From assembly GCA_000165425.1 (NCBI GenBank), contig CT868046.1, positions 186,001 to 225,099 of the forward strand: DNA of 39,099 nt, given 5' to 3'. Below, in pieces: positions 1-11,535 of the stretch (position 1 is the stretch's first letter; the number at the start of each line of letters is the position of its first letter). The notes under the pieces are model-generated. The model did no database searches, was not told the origin of the DNA, and saw only the letters and a program-made list of their open reading frames with translations. A program made the position numbers and the translations under genes. This DNA is from Paramecium tetraurelia (Eukaryota).

Positions 1-202
1 ACTGATGAAAATCACATTATAATATAAAACACTATATAAAGTATCAAAAATTAACGCAGAGTCGATAATTATAAAAGAATAAGAAAAGCTGAATATCGAT
101 TAGGGCAAATAAGAGGGTTGTATATGACAATTTTTTTAATTAAAACGAATTCAGGATTGCTAAATCTAAGTTTATGGAAGGAATTATTAATAATTATAAT
201 AT

Positions 203-1500
203 ATGATATATTTAACTTCTCTCTATCTTTTAAATTCAGTATTGGGACAACTAACTTATGATTCTGGATTATTTTCTGGATTTAGTTCATCTTGTGCTAA
301 TGGACGAATAGAAACTAAGACTATTTCATTTCATGGAATATTTGATAATATTCCTTAAGTTATATTGGGGCTTGAACATCTTGATATGTATTTTGGAGCA
401 GATTTTAGAATTCAGACTCAAAACATTAAAAAGAATAGTAAAAAATTTGATTTATTTTAGGTTTTGACTTGCAAATTGAATGTTTAACAAGTACTACCTT
501 ATGGACAATAAAGTATTATTGGTATGCAATCGATGATAGCAGAATCTAAGTCATAAATAACTTTAATATGGTGAATGTAAATGATAAAACATTCGATCAC
601 TTGAATCCAAATGCTAATTATGGGATATTGTCTTTCATCAGCATGGGAGTGACAGGGAACGTTGATTTTAAGTTGTCAGTAAAAATGATGTAATTATTTA
701 GATAACTTCAATTACTCCATCTTAGGTTTCAGTGGGCATCACTAAAGTCGCTGGAAAATTTACAAACTTAAACCAAATTGGATATTAAATTATATTGGGG
801 ATTCAAGAAGCATTCTATGACACAAAAATACTAAAACATACAAGTGATTATGATAGTGGAACTGTTACTTAGCAATAAGATAGATGGCTATTTTTGGCTT
901 ATAATGGACTACAATTAAGTTCAAGTTTCAGACAAAAATCTATTCGTACATAAGTTTCCAAATCCTACACAGTTGAGACATGTATACATTTTCAAATATT
1001 TAGGGTACGGTACCTACGTTGTGAATTATCACTTGAGTAGTTGGGTAGCCTATCAATATACAACCGAATTTAAGGCCTTTTTGTGTTTCACTTTAAGAAT
1101 ATCTTAATCTCTTGACATGGAAGTATCCTAAAAACCTTCTATATTTGTTGAAATCAGTGAATTAAATTAATCATTCTAATCATCATCATACTTATTACTT
1201 GAGAAAACAGTAAGCCTTTTAAGTTTCAAAATATATATGAAATGCGTTAAAACAAAGACAATTGTTAGTCAATTTCTTAAATGTTAGAATTGCTCAACCA
1301 GTAACAAATTTTACTTATTCTCGCATTATTGCCATGGTTAAATTGATGCAGTTACATATTTTCCAAAATTTTAATTGATTGAGTCTTCATATAAAGAATT
1401 AAACATTAATTTTTTAGTTGACAGGCTAACAATTACTTAAACCTTATTTAATTAAATTCAATCTATAGAAACACTTGTGGAAATAAAATTTAAAGTTTGA
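203..1500 (+). CDS. Secreted H-type lectin-like domain protein (Paramecium family) with a C-terminal 4-Cys domain; 3 introns
   Basis: Code-6 reading from ATG 203 (MIYLTSLYLLNSVLGQLTYDSG, signal-like) through TISFHGIFDNIPQVILGLEHLD...FRIQTQNIKKNSFDLQIEC...YYWYAIDD (H-lectin-like pattern) to TGA 1498-1500. Removing introns 438-460, 679-701 and 982-1003 (all GTA...TAG) keeps one continuous frame. Confidence 0.8.
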
Positions 1501-2458
1501 TATATATTCGAAATATTAATTTAATCATTATTGCTTTTCTATTAAAATAATTATTGCTTATGAATAAAAATATTTAGTAATTAAATATATTTACAATAAT
1601 TATTAAATACAAGGGTTGTTATAAATTTCAAAAATAAAATATATTATAATTTATAAGTAATTTGAACTTTTTATATATCTTTAACCAAAGTATAATTTAT
1701 TGATCAGAATCCAATATTCTCATCAATTTTACAAAGTTATCATAGAATGTATTTAAACTATCAAGTTGAAATTGGATATTAATTAATTAAATTATACCTC
1801 CAATGATAAAATAAGAACAAACTTTTCTTAAACTCCTTAGTTTGTTATTGTTTTAAGAATCATAAAATCAAACAAAGAATTTGATTTTATAATTATTCTA
1901 AATTTGTCATTAGATTCTTCCCTTTTGAATCATGCTTAATTCCTTTCTCTTCAATATCTTTTTGATTATCTAAGATTTGCTACTTATATTTATCAATCAA
2001 TTTAAGGTTTTCACCAAAATTTATTATTTATAAGGGAATATTTATGAAAGCTATTTATTCAGGTGAAGTTTAATATTTCTATTATTTATTATATTTTTTC
2101 AAGTGTTATTATTAATGTTCAATTATACTTTATAACTAAATGACACTTGGTTAATATAATACTTAATCTCAGGAGCTCATTCACATATCATTTTTTTTTA
2201 ATTTCTTATTTTCTCTACTTAACTTAAAACTAAATATAGAAGATTTGATAAAATCAAAATTCAAAAAAGTTTTATTTGCATAAAGTAAAATTGTACTTTC
2301 TTCAAATATCAGTTATGGTTGAAACAATTATAGGTTAGAAATAAAGATGTTTTCTACATGCCATATCTGATTGTAATAATGTGGATGGCAGCACATAATT
2401 TAAAAATTCAAAATTTTGTTATTGGGATAATGTTTATTTTAATTTAGAATATCATTCT

Positions 2459-4834
2459 TCATTGCAATTTATTCTCTACCCATGTACCCTATTTATATCC
2501 ATTAATATATTCTCCAGATAATAGGTATTTATTAGAGCTTATTTATTAAATTAACAATATAATTACAAATGAAACCCATCTTTTTCTTCTATCCAATTTC
2601 CTATTTTACGTCCACAATCATCATACATGCCTCCACCGCTATTATTTTGTTTTAATCATATTATAAATACATTTTAGTGTTTTCTCCATTCCAGTTCCAA
2701 AATATATCCCATCTTCCCTGTTTCACTCCTTAATTATTATAAACCCCTTTGAATGTTGATTAATTCCAGCTATTGTATTATGAATATTTAAATTAATTAA
2801 ATTCATTTCTTTATTCCACCCACATCCCAATTTAGTTCCCTTTATCATCGTATTACCCTCCACCACTAATAAATTAATTTTTAGTGTATTTATACATTTT
2901 TTCGGATTTGCCTAATTTATACCCGATTGAGTGGATTTTCCAATTATTTCTCTTGACTTTCATTAAATAATTATTTCAAGTAGCCTTGTTCCAAAGCTCG
3001 AATTATCCCTAATAGTCAAATTACAACGACTAATTCAATTAATTTTTTTTTTTTAAATTAGTTATTTAAATCAATATTATGTAATCATGATAAAATATTT
3101 CCCATTTATCAATTTTCGCACCTTCATTGTTATACTCCCCTATATATCTAGATTAGTTATAGCTAATAAAATTCATAACTGAGATTCTACCACCAAAAGT
3201 AATCACTTAACTCTTACCATTTACCATTCTTAATTCCTTTCTCATTGTATTATCCACCTCCACTATGATATATTTATTATGGGATTTTAGATTTACATTC
3301 TTTTATTTGGCTAATTACTGAAAGAATCTAAAAAAAAGATCTCCCACTCTCCTATTCTCATTCCTTGTTAAATATACTCCCCCGTGAGAGTTGCTTAATT
3401 AAAGCTAAAATAATATAAATTAGGATTTAACTTTCAAAATCCATCAATTTACTCTAACCATTTCCAATTTTCTTTCCTTAACCTCCTATTACCTCCANNN
3501 NNNNNNNNNNNNNNNNNNNNNNNNNNNNNNNNNNNNNNNNNNNNNNNNNNNNNNNNNNNNNNNNNNNNNNNNNNNNNNNNNNNNNNNNNNNNNNNNNNNN
3601 NNNNNNNNNNNNNNNNNNNNNNNNNNNNNNNNNNNNNNNNNNNNNNNCCTCGGATGCGGACGAGGTCTCGTCAAGGTAAAACGGGGATAGTGCAGAGTTG
3701 CTTAATTAAAGCTAAAATAATATAAATTAGGATTTAACTTCCAAAATCCATCAATTTACTCTAACCATTTCCCAATTTTATTTCCTTAATCATCGTATTA
3801 CCCTCCACCTCTAGGATTATTTCTTATATTACATTTTTTTATTGAATCCATTTTTAGACCAAGTTATTATCCATTATCCCATTTTCATTCCCATAGTATT
3901 GTACTTTCCTATAAATGTGGATTGATTATTGCTGATTTAATATCATTAGGAATAATAATCTACTTCGAAAAATGATCAACTTATTCGATCCACATGCCAA
4001 CTTTATGACCTTTCTCATTGTAAATTCCTCCACCACTAAGAAACAGTTATATATTTTATATTACATAATCTTTTTATTGTAGATTGTCATCCATTCCCCA
4101 TATTTAAGTCCTTTATTATACTATCCAATTTATATTGATTGATTATTTCTATTGTAATCTAAATTAAATTACATTCCATTATAAGCTACCTGCAACTCTT
4201 TCCAAATACCAGATTTTTAACCATCATCTTGGAAATAACCACCACCACTAAAAACAAACTATCTATTTTACATTTCTTCATTTGATTCATCCCTATATTT
4301 CCATTTTTCCACTCTATGACCATTTTCATCATAGTACCCTTCAAAAGTGACTTAACATCCACTAATTGATAATAACGAATGATTAATTACCTCCAATAGT
4401 TTTCCCATGGTTCCACCCATATTCCTATCCTTAATCTCTATTTTGTGCAAACTCCTCCTAATTTTGTTAGTTCCCCATCCCAAAATGCTTTTTATTTCGA
4501 AAATTCTTATTGATTTTAATCATGCTTTCCCTTCCACTCTAATTTATTGAGCCTTTCTAAATTGTAGATAATTTCAGAATATTAAAAATCTTCCTCTTTA
4601 TAACTAAGTATTTGAAAATTAATTTCTTAGAAAATATTACATTTTTAGATATTTTCCCTATTGCTTGTATATTACCTCATGATCCTCAGTAAAAATAATA
4701 GAATAATCAGTTCTAGTTAGAGGGAAGGCTTATGAAATTTTGGTAGGTTACCAACCAGAAACATTTAATATAACTTTATCTTATTCTTGTTTTGCTAAGT
4801 CATTTTCATTAAATATTTATTTTGTTGGTTTCAT
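2459..4834 (-). CDS. Paramecium GGGxY/KxGxW repeat protein (MORN-variant / YwqK-like repeats), multi-intron, spans an assembly gap
   Basis: Begins MKPTKQIFNENDLAKQEQ, has family N-terminal motif EIIYNLERLNKLEWKG, then repeats such as GGGQYDDKGNQIGMWVE, and ends GEYINGYKQGTWVENKLQ* (TGA at 2459-2461). Tiny introns separate repeats. Not every exon junction was checked. Confidence 0.8.
3387..3810. other. Probable false assembly gap with ~110 bp duplicated overlap and a 46-nt GC-rich unclipped read end
   Basis: agagttgcttaattaaagctaaaataatataaattaggatttaac... occurs both at ~3387 and ~3694 on either side of the 150-N gap (3498-3647). The left copy degrades into an error-rich version of the right copy's continuation. 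3648-3693 is GC-rich and unrelated to the flanks. Confidence 0.8.
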
Positions 4835-4985
4835 TTGATAATTTTTTTGAGAAGTTAACTTTATTTTTGTAAAAAATTTAATTTAAATTTATAAGCATTA
4901 TTTTTGAGTTATAAAATTCATTTATCATTTGATTTTAATAAGCAGAATTATTAAAGGAAAATAAATTGTAATTATTAAAAATAAA

Positions 4986-5547
4986 ATGAATTTGAAATTA
5001 GTATTAAATTTATAAATATATAATAAAGGAATATGGACCAACACTTAAATATCCAGAAAGATTAGTTTAATTAGACTCTTTCACAATAATAGGAATTTAA
5101 AGAAATATTATCCAAAAAGATGAAGTGGATCCATTAAAAGCTCAGATTGGAAAAACCTTTGATGAATACTATTCAAAGTAACTCTATGATTAGATTCCAA
5201 ATCGTTTGCATCCAATGAGAACTCATTGCTTATATTTTGAATTGTCTGATGGATAGGATTGGTTAGAAATGAAATACAAAATTGTTGTTGGAGAATTGGT
5301 AAGTGAAGTTACTAATGTACCAGAAGGAATGGTTAGCATGTAAGTTCCTGCTCATCGTTTTTGTCGTTTTGATTGTGGCCCAGGTCCAATTCCAGATGTA
5401 GTCATTGAAGCTTGGCAAACTTTGGGCAAATTGAATCCATAAGATTTTGGAGAAGATCGCACTCATGATTTTGAATTGGAAGTGTACCCAGAGGATCAAT
5501 TAGATAGAAATTCAATGAAATTTCAATTATATATTGGAATTTAATGA
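4986..5547 (+). CDS. GyrI-like / AraC effector-binding (Cass2-like) small-molecule-binding protein, ~177 aa, one intron
   Basis: ATG 4986, intron 5001-5028 (GTA...AAG), giving MNLKLEYGPTLKYPERLVQLDSFTIIGIQRNIIQKDEVDPLKAQIGKTFDEYYSKQLYDQIPNRLHPMRTHCLYFE...YKIVVGELVSEVTNVPEGMVSMQVPAHRFCRFDCGPGPIPDVVIEAWQTLG...DFELEVYPED...FQLYIGIQ*. The motifs PEG-x5-PA-x-F-x-x-F, GP-x-P-x-x-V-x-x-AW, and terminal LYIGI match bacterial standalone effector-binding proteins. Confidence 0.88.
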
Positions 5548-5889
5548 TATACCAATTTAAGAGTGATCTCTTTATAAAATTTTATATGTTGCTATTAAAA
5601 CTGATTATTCTTAAATCAGAATGAAATATAATTTTTATAAAAACTCTCTAAAGATTATAACATTCTTATATTCTAATTGTTTTTCTCTGAATGTATTAGT
5701 CTGAAATTAAAGTTGATACTATGTAATTCATGATGTAAGACTTAAATTAAAATAAGTTCCCTAATTATTTAAATAATCATAAAACAGTACATTCATTAAT
5801 GATAGAGATTATTATCATTTAAAATAGAAAGAAATATATTGTAAAACAAAAGTGAATTAAAAGTCAAAAAAATATTAACACAATTAGGG

Positions 5890-6680
5890 TATTAATTCAT
5901 ATTCAAATTAATGCGGTATTGAGATTAAGGCGTAATTTTGGAAACAAGGTTAGATGAACATGGCCTGGATTTAAATTGAATATATCATGGAGGCTCTGAC
6001 CTACAATTAGAAAAATCGAGGTCTATTTCATTGAAATATAGAAAAGATTCCTTCCAAGAGCTATTTTTTGAGCTTGGAATCAAGTGCATATAAATTTAAT
6101 TGTTTCTTTATAAGGTCTAATAGATGCAGTAAGAGCAGGTAAGTCTGCTAGCCAGGCAACTTTATTTTAGGTAAAACAAGAGCAGGTAGCAACTTGGTGA
6201 AGGGTCTTTAGACTATAGGTGTAAGTAAATTTACTCAGTCTTGGATGTAGTCAGAAAAGAAGCTGAAGTATATGATCGGTTATAAGGATTCTAAATTGGA
6301 TAATATTTTAGAATAAAACCCCATAATAGACTTGTTAAAATTAATTTCCATAAGCTTCAATCAGAAATTTAAAATTGATAAACCCCACATATAACGATTG
6401 GAATCATGTGGTCTCTGCTGCAATGTCATGGATTCCTAATAATATGAGGTACTCGTTTTATGATATACCTCTGATTAATTCAACTTTCTGTTTAAAAACA
6501 GGCCTACTTGAATTTTTACACAATGGAAGGTAATTTTTTTTAATATATCTTCAAGTGATGGATGAAATGGAAATTATAGAAGCCATTGAACATAGAGGAA
6601 TTAATCTCCGAATATTAATAATATTAAGATGCTATTGATGACGGAGAGGATGTTCAGTCAGATTGTTAATAAAGTACTGA
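5890..6680 (+). pseudogene. Beta-tubulin-type pseudogene with frameshifts, an in-frame stop and large internal deletions
   Basis: Collinear fragments: QCGIEIKAQFWK, LDEHGLDLN*IYHGGSDLQLEKIEVYF, RFLPRAIF, DAVRAG, NFILGKTRAGSNLVKG, SVLDVVRKEAEVYDRLQGFQI, RNLKLINPTYNDWNHVVSAAMS|WIPNNMR, KQAYLNFYTMEG, MDEMEIIEA, ELISEYQQYQDA. TGA at 5977-5979 replaces a Gly codon. Confidence 0.92.
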
Positions 6681-6950
6681 TTTATTTATAAAGCAAAATG
6701 TGAAAGTGTTAATATAAATTAAATTTTAAGATGAAGATTGATTTCCCATTACTTCTAAATTCATTTATTTTGAATGCATGATGCTGGAAAATATGATTCA
6801 CGCAAGAAAATTTGTTATTACTTAAGTTTACCTTAATTTTAATTAAGCAAAAATAGATCATCTTAAAATTGAACACTTTTAAGCTAATTTCCTCATATGA
6901 AGAACATAATATTAATCAAATTGTTATTTGAATAATATTTTATTTATTTT

Positions 6951-8577
6951 ATGCTAATCCTATTATTTATTCTAAAAATTGTGATTGGCCAAACAGTTTG
7001 GGAAAACTTTTATACTGCTTTTGTGAACGATAATATGACTGAATAGGAATGTATATAATCAATTCATAAATAGCTTGGGTAGTTACAGGAGCAATGATTG
7101 AAGACCACATCGCAAGTTGTGCTGGATAATAAATTATTGGAGGATATGCTGCATTTGGGAGTGGCACAGCAGTCTAAAAGTTATTTTATCTCCCTCCTCA
7201 TTATAAACTAAGAATTAATTTAAATTTCTGGAAGTAAAAGGAATATTTATCATTTTCTAGATTAGGCTGCTGGGATAATGAAGTATAATATATCATAATT
7301 GATGATATAGTTTGGTAATAAACATTTAGTTGTGCTTAAGGTTTTAGTTAATGTGGAAAGAGTTATCAAGATTACTTATCTTAAGTTGAAATCATAACTA
7401 CACATAACTCTGAAACATTACTAATTTTAATGAAGTCTGGTTTAGATGGGTGGCAAGATGTAAATATTATTATAACCTAAGGAATCCTGGGGATTTAATA
7501 ATTTCACTATTGATATTTTAAAATGTATTCCTGATTGCCTTCTTTGTAATTAAATTTCATCTGACATATGTTAACCAGAAATGGGTATCAAGTTTAATTA
7601 GATTTATAAACCTAATGTTGATGGGTGGTTTTTAACTAATAATTCGCCTGTTTAAACGACAATTTGTCTTGATAACATAACTCTAATTGGAGGATATTAA
7701 AAATTAGGGAGATCAGATTTATTAAAGACTAAAATTAACCTCGATCCACATTATTAAGTATAAATTAAATTCAAAATATGGCTGATTGATATTTCAAGTG
7801 TTTCTACCACTTTTAACATTGTGATTGATGGGATCTCTCATCCATTTACTATTATTCCTGCTAGGTCAATTTCATTCTGTTCTTCATCTCAATAAGAAAG
7901 CATTTATAATGTTGATTTTACCTATAGTCATCAGAATCCTGAATTAGAAATTTATATAGCTCCAACATCTTTAAGTGGATCAAATCCATTCTGGGCAATA
8001 TTTAACTTTAACTTATATGTTTTTAGATGCTCATCTCATTGTGTTAAATGTCCTGGACCTATAAAAACCCAATGTGAGATTTGCTCAGAGGAATGGTTTA
8101 AAGATAATGGAGAATGTAACAGAAGTACGAATCAAATCATTTTTAGTCTAAAACCCTATACAAATAACCAAATTATAACTCAATTAAATTTTTAGATCAT
8201 CAATGTTTCTTCCAATCCCCATTTCATTTGAATTCTTATAAATTGAACTTTCATAATATATAGGGTTTTTCACTAGATAACAAAATAACTTTCAACTTGA
8301 TGTTTAAGTCTAATGCAACCATAATGGCTTAATACAATCTAAAATGAATATCTGTCATTCCTGCTAAAGTTATTAGATTTACTCTCAAACCTTTTAATGT
8401 CAGGAATCCATTAAAAAATTCATTAAACTTTCAATTTAATTATAAAAACAAAATATAACAAGTGAAGAGCAATATTTAATTAGTACTAACAACACTTACT
8501 TTCTTCTGCAATAGATATACTATAATAGAGAAATAAAGGTTGGAAATATTGTGGAAATTTCCTTATTGTATAATTGA
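6951..8577 (+). CDS. Secreted ciliate protein with two tandem 'GGY...LxPHY...W' domains, a furin-like Cys repeat and a C-terminal 4-Cys domain; 4 introns
   Basis: Signal-like MLILLFILKIVIGQ, then IIGGYAAFG...YLPPHYKLRINLNFWKLGCWDNE...ESWGFNNF, a second unit LIGGYQKLG...LDPHYQVQIKFKIWLID...FWAIFNF, then CSSHCVKCPGPIKTQCEIC. Introns 7051-7073, 7234-7260, 7460-7481, 8125-8146. TGA at 8575-8577. Confidence 0.85.
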
Positions 8578-9799
8578 TCAATTCATTTTATTTATTTCAT
8601 ACAACATATAATCTAATTAGTATTTATCTAAATGAAATCTATTTTATTAAAACAAAAGCATTACATTTTTGATATTATATAAAAAGAGAAATTTGATATT
8701 TTATAAAAAGAGAAATTCATACATTGATTTTCATTTAGAAATATTGAGTCTACAATTCATGTTTGAATTCATCCTATTTATATTGCGTAGATAAGAGTAA
8801 ATTATTCATAATTTTTAAAAAAAGGAAATTTAAGAGTATATTTACCTAATCTTAATATCGAGAGATGTATTCTCATTTTGAGTTATATGAGCAAAATTAT
8901 TTAAACAATTCAAATCAATCAATTCACATTTTGCTTGAGTATATCGCACTATTTCATAAAAAACTGTTTTTTTGAAAATTACTTATTGCATGGTTTTAAA
9001 TCTATTTAATATTGTATAATTAATTTCTATCACATTATTTATTCAGATCTTATTAGATTTACAAGGAGGTTTGAGACAATCAAATTTGTTAATATCTTAA
9101 TAATTCTTAATTTCTTTCCACTTTATTTACCTCATCATACAGCGCTAAAACTTTATGTACAAGTTCAACTATCCCTCAAAATACTAATTTGATTACCATA
9201 TGAACATTCAAATTATTATTATTATTCAATATAATACAAATTTAATTCTCATTAGTCATTTCTAAATATAAAGTACCTATTATATCAATACTAAAATTCA
9301 AATTTGTAATATGCTAAAATTTACAATTTAACTTATAAATTGAATGTATTGTATTATAATAATGGAACAATTTATCGAAATTTGTTGGGAGAAATTTAAT
9401 GTAAAAACTATTAGAATTATTATTTATTATGTCCAAAAACACTATTTATAAATATAGATTATTGAAATCCACCTTCCTAAATTTTTTTGAATTACTCCTA
9501 GTATGCTTAGCAATTACTTAGTCTAGCCGAGGAATCAACATTTCTAATATGAAATTCTGTAGTGCGTTGGAAATCCACAAATTCTTTTATAGCTACTATT
9601 ATATTAAATTTGTGATAGTAGAATTATTATCTTGTTGAAGGTTAAATTTTAAACTCAATTTTAATTAAGCAGTGATTAGAGTATTCATTAAATTCATATT
9701 TATTAGAAGATTCTATTAGTGGGAAAGTTTATTTGTGATCAGATTAACCACAGATGATAATTATTTGATTTGGCTTCATTGCATTTATAAATTTACTGA

Positions 9800-9995
9800 T
9801 CCATGGACTGAATTTAGTGACTAATTTAGTAAAATTTAGCAAGTTATGATTAGTATAGGAAGGATAGCGAAACATTTTCATTTATATAAATATTACACAA
9901 AATGATTAAAATTTATCAGTGGGCGCGGAACATACGATTAAGTGGATCTTGGCATTAAAACTGGAAAATGGATTGATTTAGATGATGAATTTGGT
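9800..9995 (+). pseudogene. Fragment of a GGGxY/KxGxW (MORN-variant) repeat gene
   Basis: PWTEFSDQFSKIQQV and SGRGTYDQVDLGIKTGKWIDLDDEFG match the repeat unit of the 2459-4834 gene. I found no intact start or full-length frame. Confidence 0.6.
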
Positions 9996-10022
9996 AAAAA
10001 AAGAATTTATATGTTTTAATGA

Positions 10023-11275
10023 ATTTATATATTTAATTCTAAAATAGTCCAATCTGATGACATAAACAAGAACAAAATTTGTGAAGCCTAAAAAAAATTT
10101 GAATAGTTAGAATCATTTCATCCTAAAATTATTAGATTCTAAGCCTAATTAACTAAAAAGAATATTTTTTTAAATTGGACAAAAAATAATAAATTTGAAA
10201 TTGGATTGCCTGTTGAGGCATCCTATCTGAAATTATAAACTTAGTACGAAAATATCTTTTCCTTTAGACATATCTAAAAAATGCATCACATTATTTAATG
10301 AAATTCATTTTACAGCAGAAATAAATATCAATTACAGAAGCTAATTCCTTCTTCATTAATAATAATAAAACAATATTCAAAATTCTTAATGTTCTAAATA
10401 AATAAAAATATTATTAATAGAATCAATTAGATTTTAAAAAAGTTTATTTCTATAATTTCTATAATTTTTACAAGGATTATCTTTAGAATTAAATTTATTC
10501 TTACCAAAAATAAATAACCATATATTTTCAGTATTAAGAATAATGGAGAAAAAAATTAGAGAATGCAAGAAAATAATTATATTAATTTACAAATAAATTC
10601 TCATGAAGGTTACTGTTTTCCACCCGTTGANNNNNNNNNNNNNNNNNNNNNNNNNNNNNNNNNNNNNNNNNNNNNNNNNNNNNNNNNNNNNNNNNNNNNN
10701 NNNNNNNNNNNNNNNNNNNNNNNNNNNNNNNNNNNNNNNNNNNNNNNNNNNNNNNNNNNNNNNNNNNNNNNNNNNNNNNNAGTGCGCCAACCCAATTAGA
10801 GAATGCAAGAAAAATAATTATATTAATTTACAAATAAATTCTCATGAAGGTTATTTCTTTAAGTCTAGAAATAAAAGTTTAACGTTTCTAAAATAATGTG
10901 ACTATTTTAAATAGATTTGAATTTGAAATATACATTTAGTTTATCGGAGTTAATCCACTTCCTAAAATTTAAATTAATAGGGACATCAATCAAAAATTAT
11001 GTATGGTAAGATGGCTTAATTACAATCTTTTTTCTCAAATCATTTCAAGATTAAATTGTAAATTATTTAAAACACTAAAATTCTAAAATTCCCTAAAGAA
11101 AACATCCATTGATAATATTCTTTAAATGAGTCACTTCAGTCATGATCCTACACTAACATAGGTTATGTATTAATCCATATTTGTTATATAAAATCAAGCT
11201 TAGATAAAGATGTGTTTTTCTGAAGTTCTAAAATCAATACTAAGAATGAAATTTTTAATAAATTAAATAACATGA
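10023..11275 (+). CDS. Hypothetical or degenerate coding region; long code-6 open frame once the false gap is collapsed
   Basis: Frame open from the TGA at 10020-10022 to gap 2 and, using the left contig's homopolymer length, on to TGA 11273-11275. No clear 5' ATG and no recognisable domain. Confidence 0.3.
10554..10853. other. Probable false assembly gap with ~60 bp duplicated overlap
   Basis: aattagagaatgcaagaaaa(a)taattatattaatttacaaataaattctcatgaaggtta appears on both sides of the 150-N gap (10631-10780), differing by one A. Short unrelated GC-richer tails abut the Ns. Confidence 0.85.
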
Positions 11276-11535
11276 ACAATAGAGAAATTCCAATAATTTT
11301 GGTCTGTAAAGAGAAGCAGAAAACTTATCAGGTTTAGGTTGATATTGATTCTCTTGTGGAGGATTTGATTACTGAACTTCATCAATTATTATAACCAGGA
11401 AATTAATAAGAAATTGTGCTTTATTATAATGGTGTGGTCCTTAATTAAAAGAAGCATTTTAAAGATTATAAAATTGTAAAAGGTAGCACTATAGAAATTA
11501 TCATTAAAACTCATGGAGGGAGATTATTCTATTGA
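11272..11535 (+). CDS. Small standalone ubiquitin-like protein (87 aa) with a di-Gly motif followed by a 4-residue extension
   Basis: MNNREIPIILVCKEKQKTYQVQVDIDSLVEDLITELHQLLQPGNQQEIVLYYNGVVLNQKKHFKDYKIVKGSTIEIIIKTHGGRLFY*. Beta-grasp pattern with LYYNGxxL, DYKIVKGSTI and GG. In-frame upstream TGA at 11221-11223. Confidence 0.8.

Noticed and set aside
1660..2400. Possible minus-strand gene
   Set aside because: Only short open stretches with intervening TGAs and no recognisable motif, so a model cannot be supported.
3648..3693. GC-rich 46-nt island with a near-palindrome GACGAG-GT-CTCGTC (possible structured RNA or foreign insertion)
   Set aside because: It sits at a contig end beside an N gap and precedes a duplicated overlap, as do the short GC-rich tails at gap 2. 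An unclipped or chimeric read end is the simplest explanation. No ribozyme core motif is seen.
3387..3810. Direct repeats flanking N gaps as target-site duplications or a CRISPR-like array (also 10554-10853)
   Set aside because: Only two copies each, straddling fixed 150-N gaps, with error-rich ends. This indicates unmerged contig overlaps.
5033..5218. ATG at 5033 as the start of the GyrI-like gene
   Set aside because: That frame ends at an early TGA and is out of frame with the conserved domain. ATG 4986 plus intron 5001-5028 restores the frame.
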